Below are positions 31,296 through 39,779 of a stretch of 49,398 nucleotides of DNA, in pieces. This DNA comes from Clostridiales bacterium (lineage in GTDB: Bacteria; Bacillota; Clostridia; Christensenellales; CAG-314). The notes under the pieces were generated by a model, which saw only the letters and a list, made by a program, of their open reading frames with translations, was not told the origin of the DNA and made no database searches. Position 1 is the stretch's first letter, and each line of letters begins with the position of its first letter. The position numbers and the translations under genes were made by a program. The stretch covers positions 1 to 49,398 of the forward strand of contig JAFLVL010000004.1 in NCBI GenBank assembly GCA_022508325.1, in the 5' to 3' direction.

Positions 31296-32064
31296 TGTTC
31301 GTCTCCTCTCTATCTAAAAATTGTTTCGCAAGCGCGCCATACGCCAATGCACCGTTGCATTTTGGCGCGTGCAACACGATTGGTATACCGTAGCTTGGGG
31401 ATTCCACTAGCTTGATATTGCGCGGCACAGGCACGGTGTAGATTTTGTCGCCGAAGTATTTGAACAGCTCTTCCGTCACTTGCTTTGACATTGTGGTGCG
31501 TATATCGTACATTGTCAACACTACGCCGTTGATATAAAGCGCTGGGTTCAAGCGTTGTTTGACGATTTTTATCGAGTTCATCAATTGACTCAAACCTTCC
31601 AACGCAAAGAATTCGCTCTGAATGGGAATGACTACGCTGGTGCTAGCCACGAGCGCGTTCAAAGTCAACAGTCCTAGGCTCGGGGGGCAGTCAATAAATA
31701 TATAGTCGTATTGGTCCTTCACCGGTTCAAGCGCGCGCTTCAATGCGCTCTCGCGAGCGGGCACAGACACCAAATCGACCTCGGCTGCGGCAAGGTCAAT
31801 GTTGGTGGGGATGATCCACAAATTATTGATAACCGTGGGCATAATGACGTCGGTTGCAGCGCAATCTCCCATGAGCATATCGTAGCAGTGGCGCTTCAAG
31901 GTATTCTTCTCAATGCCGTAACCGCTTGTCGCGTTGCCCTGCGGGTCGAAGTCCACAAGTAGAACCTTTCTACCTGCGTCAGCCACGTACGCAGCTAGGT
32001 TAATAGCAGTAGTGGTCTTGCCTACGCCGCCTTTTTGATTTGAAAATGCAATGATCTTTCCCAT
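31288..32064 (-). CDS. parA: chromosome partitioning ATPase ParA (Soj)
   Basis: NQKGGVGKTT, DPQGNAT, IDCPPSLG, ESPSYG. Confidence 0.96.
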   Translation of the reverse strand: MGKIIAFSNQKGGVGKTTTAINLAAYVADAGRKVLLVDFDPQGNATSGYGIEKNTLKRHCYDMLMGDCAATDVIMPTVINNLWIIPTNIDLAAAEVDLVSVPARESALKRALEPVKDQYDYIFIDCPPSLGLLTLNALVASTSVVIPIQSEFFALEGLSQLMNSIKIVKQRLNPALYINGVVLTMYDIRTTMSKQVTEELFKYFGDKIYTVPVPRNIKLVESPSYGIPIVLHAPKCNGALAYGALAKQFLDREETNNG

Positions 32065-32118
32065 AGAATCTCCGTGATTTACTATTCGTTTGTGTTGCGA
32101 TCAAATTTTTACTTATAT

Positions 32119-32147
32119 ATTGTAGCACAAGTTTCCAACTTTTTCAA
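32119..32147 (-). promoter_or_regulatory. sigma-A promoter of parAB
   Basis: TTGAAA-17 bp-(TGC)TACAAT. Confidence 0.65.
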
Positions 32148-32244
32148 CAATATATTCGTTTTTGTGAAACAAATTATTTTATGTGTTTCACACACTTAAC
32201 CGGCATTAAAATCAAATTTACGCACGGCATTATTTTTACGAAAA

Positions 32245-32390
32245 GCGCGTTTTTTCCACCCCATATCACACGTTTTTCTCACCCATATCGCATTTTTCGG
32301 CGAATTAGCCCATAGAATTGGCATTTTAAGTGAATTTCGTCGCTTTTGTGCATTTTCCCTACCCCATGTCTATTTTTCGCACCCATTTGA
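32245..32390. repeat. ACCCCAT-motif block (family A), four direct cores
   Basis: Cores at 32258, 32281, 32361 and 32381 (two lack one C). Confidence 0.8.
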
Positions 32391-32459
32391 ATATTTTCGT
32401 ATCAAATCTGGCTTTTCTCGTTCGCGCTTATTTGGTTTCCGAGACACCGCGCCTAAAAC

Positions 32460-32488
32460 TTGCGCATTAATTTTGTCTATGATATAAT
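32460..32488 (+). promoter_or_regulatory. sigma-A promoter of mnmE-mnmG-rsmG
   Basis: TTGCGC-17 bp-(TGA)TATAAT. Confidence 0.65.
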
Positions 32489-32515
32489 AGTTTACACATC
32501 AGCGGAGAATTGAAT

Positions 32516-33814
32516 ATGAACAATACGATAGTGGCATTGTCTACGGCGAGAGGGCGCGCAGCCATTGCCGTAGTGCGCATGAGCGGCGACAACGCAATAG
32601 ACATAGCCAAGCAATTTTTTCATCCGTTCCCGACCACGCCCAACACGTTGAAAGTAGGGACGCTTCATACCGAGCATTTTGACGAGCACGCCATGTGCGT
32701 GTACTTCGCCGCGCCCCATTCCTACACGGGAGAAAACACGGTAGAGTTCCACTGTCATGGCGGTACGGCTGTAAGTCAGGCAGTTATCGAGCAGTGCCTA
32801 AACCACGGCGCGGTGATGGCGCAAAACGGCGAATTCAGCAAGCGCGCGTTTATCAACGGCAAACAAAACCTGACCAATGCCGAGGGCATTATCGAGATGA
32901 TTGAGGCAGAGACGGCATCTGCGGCAAAGGCAGGGGCGAACCTGTTGGAGAACAAGCTCGGCAAGCGTGTTATCGAGCTGCAAGACAAGCTTCTCGACAT
33001 AATCTCATCTTGCGAGGCGGCGTTGGATTACCCCGAAGAGGAGCTTGAATTACCCACCACAAAAACAGTGCAAGAGCAACTAACCCAAGTTAGAGCTACG
33101 CTCGACGCGCTTATTGCGACGTCAACACTGGGAAAGGTGGCAAAGTACGGCATCGACGTGGCAATAGTCGGCAAACCCAATGTAGGCAAATCCAGTCTTT
33201 TGAACGCTCTGTTGGGTACAGACAGGGCAATTGTGTCAGATATTCAGGGCACTACTCGCGATACGCTATCCGAAAGCGTGAACTATCGAGACATAAAATT
33301 CAACTTTATCGATACCGCGGGATTGCGCGAAACCCACGACCAAATCGAGGCGGAGGGCGTCAAACGCGCCAAAAAAGCCGCCGACTCTGCCGACGTGGTG
33401 TTGCACGTAACCGACGACCCGACTGACAAGTCCGTTTACCCTACTATTCGTCCTCAGATACGCATTTACAATAAGAGCGACCTGTTCAAGAACAAACCCT
33501 GTTGTGTTGACAGCATAGTCGTATCGGCAAAAAGCGGCGAAGTGGAAGAAATCAAGGCTTCGCTCTACGAAATGTTCAGCGCGGGAGAGATTGAGAATTC
33601 CGACCTGCTGATAACCAACGAACGCCATCTTTCTTATCTAAAAAAGACGCGGCAACAAATCGAGGAAGCCATTGCCGATAGCAACGTGGCAACCCTTGAT
33701 ATAGTTGCGAGTAGCGTACGAGCCGCGTGGGAAACATTAGGTGAGATCACGGGAACGAACGCGCAAGAGGACATAATAAATAGAATATATAGCAGATTCT
33801 GCCTGGGTAAATAG
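32516..33814 (+). CDS. mnmE: tRNA modification GTPase MnmE
   Basis: TIVALST, SYTGEN..EFHCHGG, GKPNVGKSS, GTTRD, DTAGLR, FCLGK. Confidence 0.97.
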   Translation: MNNTIVALSTARGRAAIAVVRMSGDNAIDIAKQFFHPFPTTPNTLKVGTLHTEHFDEHAMCVYFAAPHSYTGENTVEFHCHGGTAVSQAVIEQCLNHGAVMAQNGEFSKRAFINGKQNLTNAEGIIEMIEAETASAAKAGANLLENKLGKRVIELQDKLLDIISSCEAALDYPEEELELPTTKTVQEQLTQVRATLDALIATSTLGKVAKYGIDVAIVGKPNVGKSSLLNALLGTDRAIVSDIQGTTRDTLSESVNYRDIKFNFIDTAGLRETHDQIEAEGVKRAKKAADSADVVLHVTDDPTDKSVYPTIRPQIRIYNKSDLFKNKPCCVDSIVVSAKSGEVEEIKASLYEMFSAGEIENSDLLITNERHLSYLKKTRQQIEEAIADSNVATLDIVASSVRAAWETLGEITGTNAQEDIINRIYSRFCLGK

Positions 33815-33963
33815 TGAGATTGGCTTACGCCGGTGAAATTTGCCTTAGGCAAGTAAAATTCGACTGTCGTCGAGTAAAATTTCTCGCATTCGCTCGAAGT
33901 TGCGATCAACATTTTTAGAGTAAAGTCGCCTTAACTTTACGCGTAAGCGTAACATTTCACTTC
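33814..33963. repeat. tandem GTRAAATT + mini-hairpin array (family E)
   Basis: GTRARATT at 33814, 33833, 33853 and 33874, the first three followed by a different 4-5 bp hairpin; inverted units AACTTTAC/ATTTCAC at the end. Confidence 0.7.
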
Positions 33964-33975
33964 ATATAGGAACTT

Positions 33976-35823
33976 ATGAAAAACTACGATATTATTGTTA
34001 TCGGCGCAGGACATGCGGGGTGTGAAGCCGCGCTAGCGTCCGCGCGTTTGGGGTGCTCGACACTTATGCTAGCCACCAATCTCGACACGGTGGCATTTCT
34101 TGCGTGCAATCCGAGCGTTGGCGGCACTGCAAAGGGGCAGATTGTCAAGGAAATTGACGCCTTAGGTGGCGAAATGGCTATAAACGCCGACAAAAGCCTT
34201 CTTCAAATGCGCATGTTGAACCGCGGCAAAGGTCCTGCGGTATATTCTCCGCGCGCGCAAGTCGACAAAAACGCCTACCACGTCAATATGAAACAGACGG
34301 TAGAGCACACACCCAATCTGTATCTCAGACAAGGTGAGGCAGTGGACGTCAGCGTCAACGACGACGGCAGTTTTGCCGTCAGGACGGCAGTGGAGCTCAC
34401 CTATCAAGCAAAAGCGGTGGTTTTGTGTTGCGGTGTATATCTCAATTCAAGAACAATCGTGGGCAAATGTGTCAAAAACAGCGGCCCCAACGGCTTTGCC
34501 AACGCAGAATTTTTAACGAACAGTCTCGTAAAGCTCGGTTTTTCTGTACAACGCTTTAAGACAGGCACGCCCGCAAGAGTTCGTCTTAATTCCATCGACC
34601 TAGACAAGACGGTAGAGCAATGCGGCGAAGAGGACGTTCGCCCATTCTCCTACCTTACTGACAGTATTCCCGCCACAAAGCGCAGTTGCTATCTGACATA
34701 TTCTACCGAAGAAACGAAACGGATAATTTTGGAAAACAAGCACCTTGCTCCTATCTATAACGGTAGCGTTTCGGGCGTCGGTCCTCGCTATTGCCCCAGC
34801 ATTGAGGACAAGGTGGTGCGCTTCGCAGATAAGGAAAGGCATCAAATTTTCTTAGAACCCGAGTCGGTGGATACCTGCGAATTCTACGTTCAAGGCGCGT
34901 CGTCGTCCATGCCCGCCGAAATTCAAGAGCAGATTTACAAGAGCATCGAAGGACTGGAAAACGTCGAGATTATGCGCGACGCCTACGCCATCGAATACGA
35001 CTGCATTGACGCAACACAGCTTGACGCAACGCTTATGGCGAAACATGTCAAGGGACTGTTCTTTGCAGGACAGATAAACGGCACTAGCGGCTATGAGGAA
35101 GCGGCAGGTCAGGGAATAGTTGCGGGTATCAACGCCGAACGTTTTGTCCACGGCAAATCGCCCTTCGTTCTGCGTCGCGACAACAGCTATATAGGCGTGC
35201 TGATTGACGACATTACGACTAAGCAAAATACCGAACCCTACCGCATGATGACCAGCCGCGCAGAACACCGTTTGGTACTTCGCCAGGACAACGCAGACCT
35301 ACGACTTTCGGACATGGGGTGGGAAATTGGGCTAGTTTCGCCCGAAAGATATGCAAAATTGCAACGAAAAAAGGCGCAAATTGCCGCAGCGGAAAAACAG
35401 CTTTCGAAGGTAGTCTCTCCCAAAATATACGGCAAGCTCTTTGAAGAAAAAGGCGAACCTATAACGGGCGCAGGGCTGACGGCGGACGAAATGCTACGCC
35501 GCGCTAATATCACCTGTAAGGACTTGCAGACTCTCGGTTTCTTCGAAGATATTGACGACGACGCGCTGTACGAGATTGAGATTGAGTGCAAGTACCGCGG
35601 TTACATTGAGAAGGAAAAGGAAGCGATAGCGCAGGCGAATAAGCTGGAAAATAAGCCCCTGCCCGACGACATAGACTACATGACTATCGACGGATTGCGT
35701 ATCGAGGCGCGACAAAAGCTTGACAAAATCCGTCCCAAGAACCTCGGACAAGCGGGACGAATTCTCGGCGTGTCACCTGCTGATATTCAAATACTGATTG
35801 TTTATTTGTCTACTAGAAAATGA
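33976..35823 (+). CDS. mnmG: tRNA uridine-5-carboxymethylaminomethyl synthesis enzyme MnmG (GidA)
   Basis: GAGHAGCEAA, CNPSVGG, RFKTGTP, GPRYCPSIEDK, AGQINGTSGYEEAA. Confidence 0.98.
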   Translation: MKNYDIIVIGAGHAGCEAALASARLGCSTLMLATNLDTVAFLACNPSVGGTAKGQIVKEIDALGGEMAINADKSLLQMRMLNRGKGPAVYSPRAQVDKNAYHVNMKQTVEHTPNLYLRQGEAVDVSVNDDGSFAVRTAVELTYQAKAVVLCCGVYLNSRTIVGKCVKNSGPNGFANAEFLTNSLVKLGFSVQRFKTGTPARVRLNSIDLDKTVEQCGEEDVRPFSYLTDSIPATKRSCYLTYSTEETKRIILENKHLAPIYNGSVSGVGPRYCPSIEDKVVRFADKERHQIFLEPESVDTCEFYVQGASSSMPAEIQEQIYKSIEGLENVEIMRDAYAIEYDCIDATQLDATLMAKHVKGLFFAGQINGTSGYEEAAGQGIVAGINAERFVHGKSPFVLRRDNSYIGVLIDDITTKQNTEPYRMMTSRAEHRLVLRQDNADLRLSDMGWEIGLVSPERYAKLQRKKAQIAAAEKQLSKVVSPKIYGKLFEEKGEPITGAGLTADEMLRRANITCKDLQTLGFFEDIDDDALYEIEIECKYRGYIEKEKEAIAQANKLENKPLPDDIDYMTIDGLRIEARQKLDKIRPKNLGQAGRILGVSPADIQILIVYLSTRK

Positions 35824-36497
35824 TAAAATTTTTACAAGAACAAGCAAATATTACGCTGACGGACGAAATGCGGCAAAAGCTTGACTTTTACTGCAAATTT
35901 TTGCGTGAGGAGAATAACAAGTATAATTTGACTGCGATAACCGACGAAGGCGAGATCTGGATTAAGCATTTCGTTGACAGTATTCTCGGCAGTGTGGCAA
36001 TTCCCGAAAACGCTACTGTTTGCGACGTGGGCAGTGGCGCAGGATTTCCCTGTTTGCCTCTTGCAATCGTTCGTCCCGACGTTGCAGTAACGCTCGTTGA
36101 TAGTCTGGAAAAACGCATCAATTTTACTAGGTCTCTTTGTCAACAGATAAATCTCAAGGCTGACTTTTTCCACGAGCGCGCAGAGGATTTTTCTCGACCC
36201 CATTCGGAAAAATTCAACGTTGCCACCGCGCGCGCAGTTGCGCCGCTGAATATTTTGTTGGAATACACCGCGCAAATAGTGAAGGTCGGAGGAATTATCG
36301 TCGCATACAAGACAGATTTGAGTGAGCTTGAAATAGCGGCAAACGCCTGCAGACTACTAAACTTACAATTTGAGACGCATTACGACTTCGTTCTGCCTGA
36401 CGGTAGCAGGCGCGCTATATTAGTTTTCCGCAAAATCGCGCCCACTCCGAATAAGTACCCCCGCGGACAAAACAAACCTAGAAAACAACCACTGTAA
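35820..36497 (+). CDS. rsmG: 16S rRNA m7G527 methyltransferase RsmG (GidB)
   Basis: NLTAI, HFVDS, DVGSGAGFP, ARAVA, KYPR. Confidence 0.97.
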   Translation: MIKFLQEQANITLTDEMRQKLDFYCKFLREENNKYNLTAITDEGEIWIKHFVDSILGSVAIPENATVCDVGSGAGFPCLPLAIVRPDVAVTLVDSLEKRINFTRSLCQQINLKADFFHERAEDFSRPHSEKFNVATARAVAPLNILLEYTAQIVKVGGIIVAYKTDLSELEIAANACRLLNLQFETHYDFVLPDGSRRAILVFRKIAPTPNKYPRGQNKPRKQPL

Positions 36498-36531
36498 AAA
36501 GAGCCTATGAGTGTTTCTCATAAGCTCTTTT
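36497..36531. terminator. bidirectional terminator rsmG/jag
   Basis: AAAAGAGCCTATGAG-tgttt-CTCATAAGCTCTTTT. Confidence 0.75.
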
Positions 36532-36550
36532 AAATTATTATGTAATGTCA

Positions 36551-36589
36551 ATTAATTACCTTTGAATACGAACCCTGACGCCCAGCTGG
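36551..36589 (-). repeat. 3'-UTR repeat family D (after jag stop)
   Basis: 29/39 identity with 30321-30359. Confidence 0.6.
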
Positions 36590-36593
36590 AAGG

Positions 36594-37187
36594 CTATCTT
36601 CTGCGCTTTTTATCGCTGCGATAGACGAAATTAAGTGTTTTGCGGGGCGCGTTGGGGCTATTCAGAATATTGTTTTGCTGAATGGGCGTGATTACAATGT
36701 GGCGCGCCGAGCCTTGCCCCTCGCTTTGGGTTGTTACGTGTTGGCTGTTTTGCAAAGCGGTGTGAATAACGCGTCTTTCGTAGGGGTTCATCGGTTCCAG
36801 CTTGTGCTCGCGACCTGTACGCTTGACCTTTAATTCGAGGTTGTGTGCGAGCTTTTGCAACGCCTTTTCGCGTTTTGCCCTGTACCCTTCTGCGTCGAGA
36901 TTGACGCGCTTAAATTCCGAGTGACCGCCGTTCAATATCAAACTGCAAAGATATTGTAATGCGTCCAAAGTTTCTCCGCGGTATCCGATGGCACCTGAAG
37001 CGTCGTCGCCGACAATGTTCAATGCGACTGCGTCGCCAACTTCATTTACCTCAACTTGGCAGGAAAGTCCCATTTTTGAAAGCAAATTTTGCAAAAAATC
37101 TTGCATTTTCTGTGGCTCTGAGAGCTCAACAACCGCAGTTTCGGTCACTTCGGTGACTTCAACTTCGGTATTTTTCTTTTTTCTCAT
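36594..37187 (-). CDS. jag: Jag/EloR (KhpB) RNA-binding protein, KH + R3H, lacking Jag_N
   Basis: IGYRGETLDALQ KH motif; PMNPYERRVIH R3H motif. Confidence 0.92.
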   Translation of the reverse strand: MRKKKNTEVEVTEVTETAVVELSEPQKMQDFLQNLLSKMGLSCQVEVNEVGDAVALNIVGDDASGAIGYRGETLDALQYLCSLILNGGHSEFKRVNLDAEGYRAKREKALQKLAHNLELKVKRTGREHKLEPMNPYERRVIHTALQNSQHVTTQSEGQGSARHIVITPIQQNNILNSPNAPRKTLNFVYRSDKKRRR

Positions 37188-37191
37188 ATCG

Positions 37192-38475
37192 TTACCTCAT
37201 ATAGCTTGCCTTGGAAGAATTGCTCTTTTGCTCTTCCTTGTCAAGCATTTTCAATACGAACTTTTCTACCGGTATGCGAAGAACTATGGTGGTAAGAATG
37301 GAGATAGTAGAGTTGACCACCATGTATATTGCGAACGCGCCGGTGTAGATAAAGCCGAAATATGCCATCATAAGCGGCATCAGTATCATTGTCATTTTGT
37401 TGGTTGCTGCTTGCTGTTGATTTTGCTGTACAGTCTCGCCCTTACGGTTCTTGCGCTCCAAGCGTTGCAAAATGAACTGAGAGGCGAACGACAAACCTAT
37501 AGACAGGAAGGGCAGAATCATCAAGCCGTTCCAGTTACCGTTGTTGCCGTAGCCGCCCATTGCAAGCACTGCGCCACGAATGGTATTGTAAGTTACCTCA
37601 ATACCTTTGTAGTCACTAACGTCTATTCCCGACGAAGAGAATCCGCCACCGGCGAACACGCCGCCGCTATACGGTTGCATAATGGTTGCCCATGTGTCGG
37701 GTTGCCAAACGTTCTGAATCCACAACCAGCTTTCGTGGTTGTTGACGTACCAATCCTGTACAGCCTCCAACGCTTTGCTCTCGTATTCCGAGCAGAGTGT
37801 CGGGTTTACCATTTTCGCGCCGCTTATAATATCCGTTTGCGCATTGAGTATGTTTTTGGTACTTTCGGATTTTTTCGCCTCTTCATACTTAATAAAGACG
37901 TTCTCGTATCCTTCCCTGCTCTCGATTTGCGTGATTAACTCGTCGTTTTCCATAATTTGCTCAACGAACGTATCGTGGTAAGTATACGACAGGCTCTGGA
38001 AGGACGTGATACTGGAGTAAGTGGAGTAGTTCCTGAGTCCGCCGAACACTATGAAGAATATGACCATCGAGATTATCATAGGCAAACACATAGAAGCCAT
38101 GGAGTAGCCCTGTTTTTTGTAGAGCTTTTGCTTTTCTTCGTTTGCGCGTTGAGTATTTGCGCCAAACCGCTTGTCGATAGCCTCTACGAGCGGTTGGATT
38201 CTTTGCATTTTCAGCGAGCTTTTGCGCGAAGAATAGCGTTGCCAGAAGTCCAAAGGCAACATGAGTATCTTCAAAAACACGGTGAAAACTACAACCGTCC
38301 AACCGTAATTGCCTATCCACTTGTGCATAACGTACACAAGCTTGCCGATAATCCCCAGATCGTCTTTGGAGTAGTCAAAAAAGTTAGCTGAGCTTCTGTT
38401 ACAGCTACTTAGCACTCCCAAGCACAACGCCGCAAGCGCAATAAGCAATACGACGCTAAGTATTCTTTTTTTCAT
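37192..38475 (-). CDS. yidC: membrane protein insertase YidC/Oxa1
   Basis: Lipobox LSSC, NYGWTVVVFT, LYKKQG..MCLP, WLWIQNVWQPD. Confidence 0.92.
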   Translation of the reverse strand: MKKRILSVVLLIALAALCLGVLSSCNRSSANFFDYSKDDLGIIGKLVYVMHKWIGNYGWTVVVFTVFLKILMLPLDFWQRYSSRKSSLKMQRIQPLVEAIDKRFGANTQRANEEKQKLYKKQGYSMASMCLPMIISMVIFFIVFGGLRNYSTYSSITSFQSLSYTYHDTFVEQIMENDELITQIESREGYENVFIKYEEAKKSESTKNILNAQTDIISGAKMVNPTLCSEYESKALEAVQDWYVNNHESWLWIQNVWQPDTWATIMQPYSGGVFAGGGFSSSGIDVSDYKGIEVTYNTIRGAVLAMGGYGNNGNWNGLMILPFLSIGLSFASQFILQRLERKNRKGETVQQNQQQAATNKMTMILMPLMMAYFGFIYTGAFAIYMVVNSTISILTTIVLRIPVEKFVLKMLDKEEQKSNSSKASYMR

Positions 38476-38494
38476 TGTTTCTCCTGTTAACTAC

Positions 38495-38740
38495 CTATAC
38501 GTGCCACTTCGCGTTGCCTTTTAGGTTCATAGGCACCGGGTCGAAACCGCCCTTTCCCCAAGGCGCGCAACGGCAGAGTCGTTTGAGCGTCAGCCAACTG
38601 CCTGCAAAAAATCCGTGCTTTGTATACGCTTCCATGCTGTATACCGAGCAACTCGGGCTGTAAATACAGGTTTTGCCGCCCTTCCATTTGGAAACGGTGG
38701 CCTTGTATAGCTTAAGTAGGGCAATAGCCAAGTATTTCAT
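38495..38740 (-). CDS. yidD: membrane protein insertion efficiency factor YidD
   Basis: CIYSPSCSVY..KHG..RLCRCAPW..GGFDPVP. Confidence 0.95.
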   Translation of the reverse strand: MKYLAIALLKLYKATVSKWKGGKTCIYSPSCSVYSMEAYTKHGFFAGSWLTLKRLCRCAPWGKGGFDPVPMNLKGNAKWHV

Positions 38741-39069
38741 TGCAACAGCCCCGCCTTTTCAAACAGCTTTTGAACGCTCGCCACAATCTCGTCGTATCGG
38801 TACTCCTCGTGACGCCGCGGAATAAAAACAGCGTTGAACCCCTCTTTTACGTTGGGCATAAGCGTAGATACCGCCGCTTTCAGCTGTCGCCTTATGCGAT
38901 TGCGCTGTACCGCCTTGCCATATTTTTTGCTGACGGAAAAGCCAACCTTGCTTTGCTTGTTGTTGCTTGCGCAGTAGAGCAATATGAAGTTTTTGTCTGC
39001 AACGCTTGACGCGTGTTTGTACACGTAGTTGTATTGGTAGTTTTTTTTAAGTCTGTAGATAGACTTCAA
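38737..39069 (-). CDS. rnpA: ribonuclease P protein component
   Basis: RLKKN, VGFSVSKKYGKAVQRNRIRR. Confidence 0.96.
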   Translation of the reverse strand: MKSIYRLKKNYQYNYVYKHASSVADKNFILLYCASNNKQSKVGFSVSKKYGKAVQRNRIRRQLKAAVSTLMPNVKEGFNAVFIPRRHEEYRYDEIVASVQKLFEKAGLLQ

Positions 39070-39081
39070 AGCGACGACCTG

Positions 39082-39216
39082 TTATGCGGACAGCTTATGA
39101 CGACCCTTGTTTCTGCGTCTGGCAAGTGTTCTTCTGCCACCGGTGGTCTTCATTCTTGCGCGGAATCCGTGTACCTTGCTTCTTTGTCTTTTCTTGGGTT
39201 GGTAAGTTCTTTTCAT
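39082..39216 (-). CDS. rpmH: 50S ribosomal protein L34 (not in ORF track)
   Basis: [44 protein letters not shown], 44 aa, AAGGAG SD. Confidence 0.97.
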   Translation of the reverse strand: MKRTYQPKKRQRSKVHGFRARMKTTGGRRTLARRRNKGRHKLSA

Positions 39217-39361
39217 TTCGTTCTCCTTTTTGGGGTCGCGCCGCCACTGTCGTGGGGCATTGTTTTTGCGTGCAAAGTTATTTGCTTTTCATTGCTAATT
39301 ACGTATGCACAGCCTGCCTAAATGCGCGCATAATTCCCATAATAATATAATTAACTCGTAT

Positions 39362-39390
39362 ATTTTAACAAAGTATGGAAGTAAAGTCAA
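39362..39390 (-). promoter_or_regulatory. sigma-A promoter of the rpmH operon
   Basis: TTGACT-17 bp-(TGT)TAAAAT. Confidence 0.75.
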
Positions 39391-39456
39391 GTGTTTGGAG
39401 TTAGTCCGTCTAGCGCGCTAAATATTAGTTAAAATTGACGCTCCATTATTCGAAAA

Positions 39457-39570
39457 CACGACATGGGGTGGCGATTTTTGCAAATTTTGCTAATTATAAT
39501 ATTCGTATATCATAAGTGCGAGTTTTTTAGCAATTTTTGGCGAAAAATGCGATATGGGGTGAAAATTTTT
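39457..39570. repeat. ACCCCAT-motif paired block (family A)
   Basis: ATGGGGT cores at 39463 and 39554; homologous to the reverse complement of 21131-21246. Confidence 0.8.
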
Positions 39571-39625
39571 GATATTTTATTAGCAAAGAAATGTGGATTT
39601 TCAATTATTTATTTGCGACAAACCA

Positions 39626-39689
39626 TCGCTGTAAGGCGTATACGCTCCCAATAATAGCCCCACACGCGAGGTGGCGTCCGCGGCGAGCG
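39626..39689 (+). repeat. family C repeat, left of deoD
   Basis: TCGCTGTAAGGCG...TAGCCCCACACGCGAGGTGGCGTCCGCGGCGAGCG. Confidence 0.75.
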
Positions 39690-39715
39690 GTACGAAAGCA
39701 TCAGCAATTTCGGTA

Positions 39716-39744
39716 TTGACATTAGCGTTTTTTCAATTTATAAT
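39716..39744 (+). promoter_or_regulatory. consensus sigma-A promoter of deoD
   Basis: perfect TTGACA-17 bp-TATAAT. Confidence 0.9.
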
Positions 39745-39779
39745 TATGCTAACGAATATAAACACAAGGAGGCAATATT

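Noticed and set aside
36988-37938. 316-aa ORF antisense to jag/yidC
   Set aside because: Overlaps two conserved genes on the opposite strand; no protein motif.
39626-39689. purine riboswitch upstream of deoD
   Set aside because: Lies upstream of the deoD promoter, lacks the purine aptamer core, and recurs beside unrelated genes.
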